From: Nitrospirota bacterium | GTDB taxonomy: Bacteria > Nitrospirota > UBA9217 | Direction: 5' to 3' | Assembly: GCA_963818475.1 (NCBI GenBank) | Contig: CAWFSF010000005.1 | Span: forward strand, 96,001-160,000 | Length of the DNA: 64,000 bases | Shown here: positions 10,642-18,010 of the stretch, piece after piece | Layout of the letters: each line of letters opens with the position of its first letter | Numbering within the stretch: the first letter of the stretch is position 1 | Notes under the pieces: generated by a model | Databases searched by the model: none | The model's input: the letters and a program-made list of their open reading frames with translations, nothing else | What the model was told of the DNA's origin: nothing | Made by a program: the position numbers and the translations under genes

Positions 10642-10693
10642 GGTACCGGATAATTGTTACCCCAGCATTACAATGTCGTGAAGTTTGCGTTAA
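10640..10693 (-). promoter_or_regulatory. Pho-box promoter (PHP-GT21 operon)
   Basis: gttac 10656, attac 10667, gtgaa 10678, gttaa 10689; TACCAT 10 nt downstream. Confidence 0.8.
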
Positions 10694-10714
10694 TTCTTCC
10701 CTGGTCGGGATCGC

Positions 10715-10990
10715 TCATGCGGCCTCCTGAGCGGCGGCTATCCTTCTCCCGGACACCAGCCTGTCTTGCGGACGTTTGCATTCGAGCACCAGCTTTTTAA
10801 CGATCTGATCTATGTCCTCGGGCCTGACGCGCTGCTCGGGAGTCATGGAAAAGACCGCTTTTTTCATTCGAGTCTCGTACGTTTCGCCGCCCTCGATAAC
10901 GTCGTGATCGACGATGGTTACGTTGACCGGTTCGGTAAAATAGATATCAGCAACGACGCCGCTTTCGATCTTGATGATGATGTGGTTCAT
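10715..10990 (-). CDS. Hypothetical 91-aa protein, copy A
   Basis: RBS GGAGG; 61/91 identical by hand alignment to 21529-21804. Confidence 0.85.
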   Translation of the reverse strand: MNHIIIKIESGVVADIYFTEPVNVTIVDHDVIEGGETYETRMKKAVFSMTPEQRVRPEDIDQIVKKLVLECKRPQDRLVSGRRIAAAQEAA

Positions 10991-11083
10991 TTCTGCCTCC
11001 TGGGCCGCCTATTTCGCCACTCCACCGCTCTTCCTTACGGGACATCCCATGGTGGTGCAGAAGCGTTTATCCGTTATTGAGCG

Positions 11084-11137
11084 ATGATACAGGAGAGGTA
11101 TTACAGGAGCGTGAAATAACCGTAAAAGTTCGGTTAA
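11084..11137 (-). promoter_or_regulatory. Pho-box promoter (91-aa copy A)
   Basis: attac 11100, gtgaa 11111, gtaaa 11122, gttaa 11133; TATCAT 10 nt downstream. Confidence 0.78.
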
Positions 11138-11240
11138 GTTATCGACCGGATCCGGATCAAACAGGCTGCTCCGTTGCAACGCTTGGGAGGCAGGCGAAGA
11201 GGTTGCAACGACAGGGAGCGCTACTTCGGGACCGGCGTAT

Positions 11241-11339
11241 TTACGTTCCATGAATGATAAGAACAATAAAACCGATCGCGAGGACCAGCCCTGCTGCAGT
11301 CAGTCCGTATTCTATTGTTTTCAGGATCTTCTTATTCAT
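11241..11339 (-). CDS. 32-aa small membrane protein (not in ORF track)
   Basis: GGAGG RBS; MNKKILKTIEYGLTAAGLVLAIGFIVLIIHGT; paralog at 21413-21493. Confidence 0.7.
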   Translation of the reverse strand: MNKKILKTIEYGLTAAGLVLAIGFIVLIIHGT

Positions 11340-11422
11340 GCGGCATTTCCTCCACACCTTCATCGCTTTTCTGCGCCTTCCCTCATCGTGGGGCCGTGCA
11401 GCATAGTGCAGGCCACACGGTA

Positions 11423-11653
11423 TCAGCGCTTTTGCGTCAAACGTTCCTTAACACACTTGCTCACCAGAATGGGAAGGAAGGACTTCACTGTGCAGTCCTT
11501 TCCCAGTTCTTCCAGGAGTTCCCGGTACATTCTGTTGACCTCTTCCGCCGAAATGCCGAGTTCGTGCACGAGTCTGTCTATGGCGCGGACGTGAAGATCG
11601 TTGTCCTTGTCGTAGCTGTACCGTGCAGGGTCCGTTAGTGTGTGGTTCGCCAT
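11423..11653 (-). CDS. DUF3562-like small helical protein
   Basis: AIDRLVHELGIS.EEV...CTVKSFLPILV pattern; RBS AAGGAGG. Confidence 0.7.
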   Translation of the reverse strand: MANHTLTDPARYSYDKDNDLHVRAIDRLVHELGISAEEVNRMYRELLEELGKDCTVKSFLPILVSKCVKERLTQKR

Positions 11654-11708
11654 GGCAGTACCTCCTTCATGCTTTATAACGGGCCGCGAATACGCGCGTA
11701 GTGAGTCG

Positions 11709-11762
11709 ATACTACATGCCGGCCGTTACAGGAACATGACGATCTGGTGAAGTTTCTATTAA
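11709..11762 (-). promoter_or_regulatory. Pho-box promoter (DUF3562-sORF unit)
   Basis: gttac 11725, atgac 11736, gtgaa 11747, attaa 11758; TAGTAT 10 nt downstream. Confidence 0.8.
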
Positions 11763-11778
11763 ATTTGCATGTTCCCTT

Positions 11779-12023
11779 CAGGACCCGCGCCCTTAAAAGA
11801 AAGTCCGGGTGCTCCGCCAGAAGGGCCTCGTACTTCTCCACCGTGATCTTGTCGCCCGCATTGGCGTACCGGATCGCCTGATATGCCGCGAAGGCCTTCT
11901 CCTGCGGCGTCAGTTGCGCAAGAAAGGCCGGTTTCTGCCGGTAATAGGGGCCTGCCGGGGGTCTGCATAATCATCGAGGAATATACGGTTCCATGTGATC
12001 GCCTTCTTGAGATCGACGAGTTT
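11779..12023 (-). pseudogene. Internal fragment of a second copy of the TPR-like membrane protein gene
   Basis: Translates (one frameshift) LVDLKKAITWNRIFLDDYADPRQ..PQEKAFAAYQAIRYANAGDKITVEKYEALLAEHPDFLL, matching LVDLKKAMKWY..PQEQAFADYQAIRFSNAGDKAVVERYEALLARRPDFLL in 15242-16147; no start or C-terminus. Confidence 0.85.
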
Positions 12024-12079
12024 GATTTCGGGGGGATGCCAAAGCAGTGCCAGGACAAGCAACGGAATGAACTTAAACG

Positions 12080-13099
12080 TTACCATGACGCCTTCCTCGG
12101 AGGGGCGGTTGCCGGATTAGCCAGGTAATTGGCGGTGAAAATATACTCACACAAGGCCTGCTTGAACGTCCCCCCTTCGCTCGTTCGCCCGGCAGCCTGA
12201 TCTGAAAGATATTTATTGAGCGCGGCAAGGAAGTTCTGATCGTTTATGCCGCCTTGAATTTTTACCAACGGCGCAACGACAAGGGGAAAATCGACCATCT
12301 CCTTTCCCGTCCCGAGTGCCAATCTCGCCTCCCATGCCCCTTCGCCCGGCAACACCGTGATGACCCAGCTTTTTTCGTCTACCTTCTGCACCGAAACGAG
12401 TTTCGCGTCCAACAGTGCGATATCGGGTGAATGATTCCCCTCGGCCTGCAGTTGCAGCCTGATCACGACCGGAGTTTTCCCGTCGGAAAGGGCAATGGCC
12501 GGATCCTGCGCTATCCTCTTCCCGTCATTGCGTTTAAAAAGGGCGGAAAAAGTCTGCAATCCCTTCTCTCCCTTGAATTCCCTGAATCGCTGCAGAACGC
12601 TCTTTTCCCGCTCATCGAAACTGATCAGCTTTGCCGCACCCGGCACTCTCGAGGCCGGTTCACCGCGGGGCTCGTCCGACGGGCCCGGCGGCGGGGAGTA
12701 GGTCAGGGCAGGGACGGGGAAGCTTTTCCCCGTTGTGTCCCTGACGGTTGCAGTTACCTGATTGATGACCCCGGGCAAATCTCCTTTTTTTTCGAACCTC
12801 AGATCGAGCTCGAAGGCCGCATCGGGATTTTCCCGGAACACATTGACAAGCAGCGTCCCCGGAGTATTTGCGTAAACATTAGTGAGGGTGCCTCCGTTCG
12901 CCGTCACCCGGGGATGCGCCAGGGAAGTCGTGTCGTAATCGATCGTTATGTCCATGGCTTCCACGCCGATGATATTATCACCCTCGATAAAAAACGCACC
13001 ATCGCCGTTGGGCGTGACAAGCATCTGCATCGCGGCAAAAGACCCGGCCGGGCAGAGAAGGACGAGCAACAGACCCATGATGCACACGGTGTTTCTCAT
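12080..13099 (-). CDS. Secreted protein with cohesin-like N-terminal domain
   Basis: Signal peptide; GVEAMDITIDYD cohesin-like strand; Pro-rich linker; YIFTANYL C-terminus, recalled from Geobacter-type cohesin proteins. Confidence 0.55.
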   Translation of the reverse strand: MRNTVCIMGLLLVLLCPAGSFAAMQMLVTPNGDGAFFIEGDNIIGVEAMDITIDYDTTSLAHPRVTANGGTLTNVYANTPGTLLVNVFRENPDAAFELDLRFEKKGDLPGVINQVTATVRDTTGKSFPVPALTYSPPPGPSDEPRGEPASRVPGAAKLISFDEREKSVLQRFREFKGEKGLQTFSALFKRNDGKRIAQDPAIALSDGKTPVVIRLQLQAEGNHSPDIALLDAKLVSVQKVDEKSWVITVLPGEGAWEARLALGTGKEMVDFPLVVAPLVKIQGGINDQNFLAALNKYLSDQAAGRTSEGGTFKQALCEYIFTANYLANPATAPPRKASW

Positions 13100-13152
13100 C
13101 GCCTTTTCCCCTCGTTCATGACCCCAAAATGAATATGCTGCACGGGAGCGCG

Positions 13153-13767
13153 TCAGGGCTCGATTGCCGGTTTACTGTTGCTTTCACCCGGCAATGATAC
13201 GAGCCCTGCTTCCTTTGACATCAGGAACACCATCAACCCAAAGATTATGAAGAGAAAGCTCAGCAGGGTGATCGGCGGCAGCCCGCCGTTCCATTTCCGG
13301 ACCTGCAACCAGCCGTCCCAGCCCATGGCGAAAAGATGGCCTGCGACCAGGGCGTACACAGCGGCTGTCGTGGTTCTCCATTCCGCCGGCTTCAGGACGC
13401 AGGCATTCAGGCGCCAGATGCAATAAGCCGCCATCGCCCCGAAGAGGACCGTCGCCTCTCCAGTCAGGCTCATCTTGCCATTGTCGAAGAATTTATCAAA
13501 ATAGCTTTTTGAAAGAATCGAAAGCGATAAAAGGACATGAACGAAGACCAGGTTCGTGCAAGCTCGGCTCCAGAAAGCGGTAACTTCCCGCCGGCTGCGC
13601 AGGAGAGACATGGCTGCAATGAGCAGCGATACCGCCGCCGTCATGGAGAGGGCCTTGTTCAGAACATAAACCGGCACATGGATGAGTGAAACACCGCCGA
13701 ACCCGCAATATCGTACAACGGCATACATCGTTGTGGAAAACGCTACCAGTAATAATTGATTTACCAT
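13153..13767 (-). CDS. Membrane protein, ferric-reductase/STEAP-like heme-b transmembrane domain
   Basis: ~6 hydrophobic helices; LNKALS, VFVHVLLSL, VAGHLFAMGWDGW and GLPP; two intramembrane His. Confidence 0.55.
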   Translation of the reverse strand: MVNQLLLVAFSTTMYAVVRYCGFGGVSLIHVPVYVLNKALSMTAAVSLLIAAMSLLRSRREVTAFWSRACTNLVFVHVLLSLSILSKSYFDKFFDNGKMSLTGEATVLFGAMAAYCIWRLNACVLKPAEWRTTTAAVYALVAGHLFAMGWDGWLQVRKWNGGLPPITLLSFLFIIFGLMVFLMSKEAGLVSLPGESNSKPAIEP

Positions 13768-13821
13768 ACGTTATCGTTCCTTCTCTTCTCGCCCATTTAT
13801 CGGGTAGTTTTTCAATTTATT

Positions 13822-14967
13822 TCAAATCCCCCCGAACGGGCACTCCGGATCGGAAGCGGAGAAGTCGCCTCCCACGAACCCGGCCACGGCGCGGCACCCC
13901 CCCTTGCAGATTTCGAGATAGTCGCACGATCGGCAGGGCTCCGGCGCACGGTCAGTCCAGGTACGCAAGCGCGAAAGATGTTCCGAGCTGCTCCAGAGTC
14001 GGGGCAGCTCGAAAACGCTCTCCTCACCGGACAAGAAGGAGCAGCCCGCAAACCTGCCGTCCGAGCGGACCCCCAGAAGGACGTTGCCGGCCTCGCAGCC
14101 GTATACCGAGAACTGCTCCATCATCTTCTTGTCCGGCCGGTGCCAGCAGAACATCGGGACAAAGGAACAGTCGATTTTGGCCGGGACCCCGCAATCTAGG
14201 GAGAGGCGTCTGAGCATCGGATAGAATTCCCGGTTCTGGGCCGGAGTCAATCGCCGTTCGAAATAATTCTGTCTCCCCCTGCCCGAGGGTTTGAGGCGCA
14301 GAAGCTCCACATCGGAGAGCCCCCGTTCCCGGGCAAAGGTGAACAACTCGTGAAGGTGAGCGAAGCTCTGCCTGGTCACGACGCAGTTCAGGCCGACGTT
14401 GACGCCCGCCTCCAGAAGCATATCCACTCCGCGCATTGCCGCTGCGAAAGAAGCGGGACTCCGGCCGGCTTTCCCGTCACCCGCCGTGGCGTCGATGCTG
14501 ACGTTTACCTGGCCGAACATGCGGCATTGTGCGGCATATTCTCTGGACATCAAGACGCCGTTCGTGGTCAGGTTGGGGACGATGCCGCGGCTGCGCACAT
14601 AGGCGGCCAGTTCAAAGAAATCGGAGCGCTCCAGCGCCTCTCCGCCGCCCAGGGCCATATGGAACACCCCCATGCCGGCCAGCAGATCGACGGCCTTGCG
14701 AAACTCTTCAGCCGTCAGCTCGCCCGTGTCCGTTTTTCCCGAATCCATATAGCAGTGGCCGCATTGCTGGGAACAGGCGTTGGTCACTGAAAAATGGACC
14801 TCCAGCGGGGCGGAAAGAACACGGGTTTCCGGCCCTTCCCACAGCGGGCTGTGCTCGTGGCCCAGGCTCCGCATGAATTCCCGGTCCACGTGCACCAGCG
14901 TCGGGGGATTTTCCAATGACAGTATCCCCCCGAACGTCTCTAAGCGATGTTTCATGACGCCCATCAT
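13822..14967 (-). CDS. Radical SAM protein with SPASM domain
   Basis: CSQQCGHC motif, GGGEAL; SPASM CEAG...GC...CRSCDYLEICKGGC...DPEC. Confidence 0.93.
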   Translation of the reverse strand: MMGVMKHRLETFGGILSLENPPTLVHVDREFMRSLGHEHSPLWEGPETRVLSAPLEVHFSVTNACSQQCGHCYMDSGKTDTGELTAEEFRKAVDLLAGMGVFHMALGGGEALERSDFFELAAYVRSRGIVPNLTTNGVLMSREYAAQCRMFGQVNVSIDATAGDGKAGRSPASFAAAMRGVDMLLEAGVNVGLNCVVTRQSFAHLHELFTFARERGLSDVELLRLKPSGRGRQNYFERRLTPAQNREFYPMLRRLSLDCGVPAKIDCSFVPMFCWHRPDKKMMEQFSVYGCEAGNVLLGVRSDGRFAGCSFLSGEESVFELPRLWSSSEHLSRLRTWTDRAPEPCRSCDYLEICKGGCRAVAGFVGGDFSASDPECPFGGI

Positions 14968-14991
14968 TGCTCCTTCTGGCCATGTATCCGA

Positions 14992-15189
14992 TCATCGGCC
15001 GTTCACTTTTTTTTGCGCCTCTTCCAGTCGCCCGTCCTCTTGAGCTTTGGCCGCAACGGCAATCGCCGCGACAGTGTTAAAGAGGACCGTGGCTGCCGCT
15101 CCCGCGGTGAAGAAGACGATTATATCTGCGCCGACGCTGCTGGAGTTCGGATTGTAGCCGGTTTTGATCTTCAGGATGCGTCCTCTCAT
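14992..15189 (-). CDS. 65-aa peptide with GYNPNSSS motif, candidate rSAM substrate
   Basis: MRGRILKIKTGYNPNSSSVG followed by a hydrophobic helix and a charged tail; 25 bp upstream of rSAM; purine-rich RBS. Confidence 0.75.
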   Translation of the reverse strand: MRGRILKIKTGYNPNSSSVGADIIVFFTAGAAATVLFNTVAAIAVAAKAQEDGRLEEAQKKVNGR

Positions 15190-15241
15190 TTTTCTTGCCT
15201 TCCTTGTCCGGATTTATTGCGCGCTGCCCCGGCTCTCACGT

Positions 15242-16365
15242 TCAATTGATCTTTTCACCTGACACGGGTTTCTGGACTGCTTGCGGATTTTGTCCTGTTT
15301 CGAACCAGCCGCGGTACTTGACGGCAAAATCGTCCATGATCTTGGGGCCGTTCGGCTGGTATATAAAGAACAGGTAGAGCACCGCCGTCGTCATCAACAC
15401 AGTAAGGAGAGGACTGAGCCAAAGCAGCGCGCGCCGCCGTGTCTGCCAGAAGTTCCCACTGGTCAAAAGCAGCAGCCAGAAGAGGACCGGCAGGTTGATG
15501 ACGGCCGCGATGTAGACCACGGAGTCCGGAAAGCGAAATTGATCGGCTGAACTGTCGATGGCATAGAAGGACGGTATTCTTGAGGCGGCCAGGAGGAGCC
15601 AAAGACAACTGACTATCATGAAGGTTTTGAGCGAGGCCCGGGTCATCCCCTCCCAGGGCTTCATCAAAAGGGCCGCGGCCCAAAGGACCGCGACGACTCC
15701 CCAGGCAACGCCTGCCCAGACCGTTGTCATCCGCCAGTGGCGGCGGGCCTTCGCATGAGCCAGCCGATCGCTTTCGGTCACGTCTTTACCGCCGCGTTGA
15801 ACAAGGTACTGAAAGGCGAGATAGCTTTGCCCGCGCTTGTCCAGGCGGTCATAGGCCTGGCCCAGCTCCCGTTGGACCTCGGCCTTCAAAAGAAAATCGG
15901 GGCGCCTGGCCAGCAGCGCCTCGTACCTTTCCACAACAGCCTTGTCTCCCGCATTGGAGAACCGGATGGCCTGGTAGTCCGCGAAGGCCTGCTCCTGGGG
16001 CAGGAGTGCCGCGAGCAGGGAAATTTTGTCTCGGTAGACAATCGCCTGACGCGCGTCGGCATATTCATCCCTGTATACCCCGTACCATTTCATGGCCTTC
16101 TTGAGGTCGACAAGGTTGTTTTCATAAAGGTTCCCCAGCATCTGCACGGCATACCGGCGCGCGTTGCTTCCCCGGTGCTTGTCGCTATTTCCAGATTGAC
16201 GGTTTCGGCGTCGGCATAGCGGCCTTGGACAAAGTCCTGTTGGGCTTTCTTCTGCAAATCATCCGCCAAGGTACTCGCCGGTGATGCCGGGGCGACGAGG
16301 GGCAGACAAAGCAGACCAGCGAAAAATGCCAAGACGAGCAGAGGAGTGTATTTTAGTTTCGGCAT
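15242..16365 (-). CDS. Exported TPR-like protein with C-terminal transmembrane helices (frameshift near 16160)
   Basis: Signal peptide in ORF 16090-16383; TPR-like helices; ~4 TM helices at the C-terminus. Confidence 0.7.
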
Positions 16366-16399
16366 GTCATTCAGGGGTATCATCTTTATCCTCGCCGGA

Positions 16400-16453
16400 A
16401 TATTACTCTATTTCTGTTACGGGGATATTACGTCGATATTATATTTGTGTTAA
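16400..16453 (-). promoter_or_regulatory. Pho-box promoter (rSAM operon)
   Basis: gttac 16416, attac 16427, attat 16438, gttaa 16449; TAATAT 10 nt downstream. Confidence 0.8.
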
Positions 16454-16507
16454 AGCTGTTTTCACGCACGAAGCCGGTTGGCAAAACGATGAGGTGGCTT
16501 CATCCGG

Positions 16508-17867
16508 CTAAGACGAGATCAGCCGCAAGTTGAACAACCGCTCGATTAGCCATGTAAAGCCCAGCATGAAAATAGCCAGCGACACTCCAAAGGTCACTTT
16601 TCTGAATTCCATTTTACTTTTAAGCAGGTACAGGACCGGCAACAGTACCAGGAAAATCATCAGTTGTCCGACTTCCACACCCAGGTTGAAGGAGACTACC
16701 GATACCAGCAGGTTCGATTTTCCGACGATCAACTCCTGGAGAACGCTTGCGAAACCGAAGCCGTGGATCAGCCCGAAACCGAACGTCACGAGCCAGCGGT
16801 AATTAACTTTTTTCTTGAACAGGTTTTCAAGCGCGACAAAGCAAATGGAAAAGGCTATGACCGATTCCACAATCCGGGAATTCAAGCTGACGACCTGCAT
16901 CGCCGCCAGGAGCAGGGTAATGCTGTGCGCTACCGTAAATGCGGTGATTATCTTCAAGACTTCCTTGATTGACAGCCCGATCACGATGAGCGCCAGGAGA
17001 AATGCCATGTGGTCGTAGCCGGTCAGAATATGTTCGATGCCGAGCAGGATGAATTGACCGATAGAGGTCCACACCGGATGGCCCGCCGGACTGCGCCGGA
17101 CACTTTGTTGTGCAACAGGCGCGCCGGGGTTGTTCAGGACCTGCTTGATGCGCTCCGGATCGGTGCGTACTGCCTCTTTTCCTTGAGCGGCTGCGCTCAT
17201 TGGCTTCCCGGCTGTTGCGTGTACGGCCGCACTATCCTTTCGATTTTGCGTTGCCCGCTCTTCGTCGTCTTCGGCCCCGGGACTGCCGGCCACAGGGCCC
17301 TGAATGGTAAATTCCCAGACACGGACAGTGTTCTCGAAAAAGGTACTGTCGTTCAGGCTGCGAAAAATCCAGGACCTTTTGAAGGTCCGCACCGACGGCA
17401 TCCGTCAAATAGAAAAACGCAAGGTTGACGTGCTGGTTGTCCGTTTCATCGAACAGCATGCGATACTCGATTTTGACCTGGTTTGGGCTGTTGTGGAAGC
17501 CGATGTTTTCCGCCGCAAGCCATATTTGAAAATAGTTATTCTCATTTCTGGTAAGTTTCGTGACTTTTAGGGGATATGTCGTCCCGTTGACGGAGAGGGA
17601 CAGTTTGTCATTCACACAGGGCTGAAGCGCGGAAGCGGCGATGTTTGGGAGCTGTTCAGGGGAAAGAGCTTCGGGATTGTAACCAGCTTCCTTGACCCCT
17701 TTGATGTCGCCGAATAAAAGCGGGTTGAACTCCATGATGGCGGTGAGGCTGTTTTTTCCGAAACACCACCGGGAGCCCCCCATGGGCATGTTGTGAGCGG
17801 ACACCGGGACAGCTATGAAAAGAAACAGGATCAGGAAGATGAATGATAAAGGTTTTCTGAATGGCAT
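16508..17867 (-). CDS. HupE/UreJ family protein with periplasmic N-terminal domain (frameshift near 17345)
   Basis: Signal ending SAH; GIEHILTGYDH, FTVAHSITL, GLIHGFGFA and FNLGVEVGQ motifs. Confidence 0.88.
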
Positions 17868-17912
17868 AATCGTCAAAACCCCCCGGCTGCCTTTTGATGA
17901 ATGCAAAGGAAA

Positions 17913-17958
17913 CCCTCACCTTTGTCCGTTCCCCATCGAGGAGAGACAAAGGTGAGGG
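17913..17958. terminator. 14-bp inverted repeat, probable terminator or stabilising hairpin after the phosphatase gene
   Basis: ccctcacctttgtc ... gacaaaggtgaggg. Confidence 0.6.
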
Positions 17959-18010
17959 AATAACAGTATGTCCTTGCCACTGCAGTTTATGCTGCTCTGA
18001 TACGATCGAC

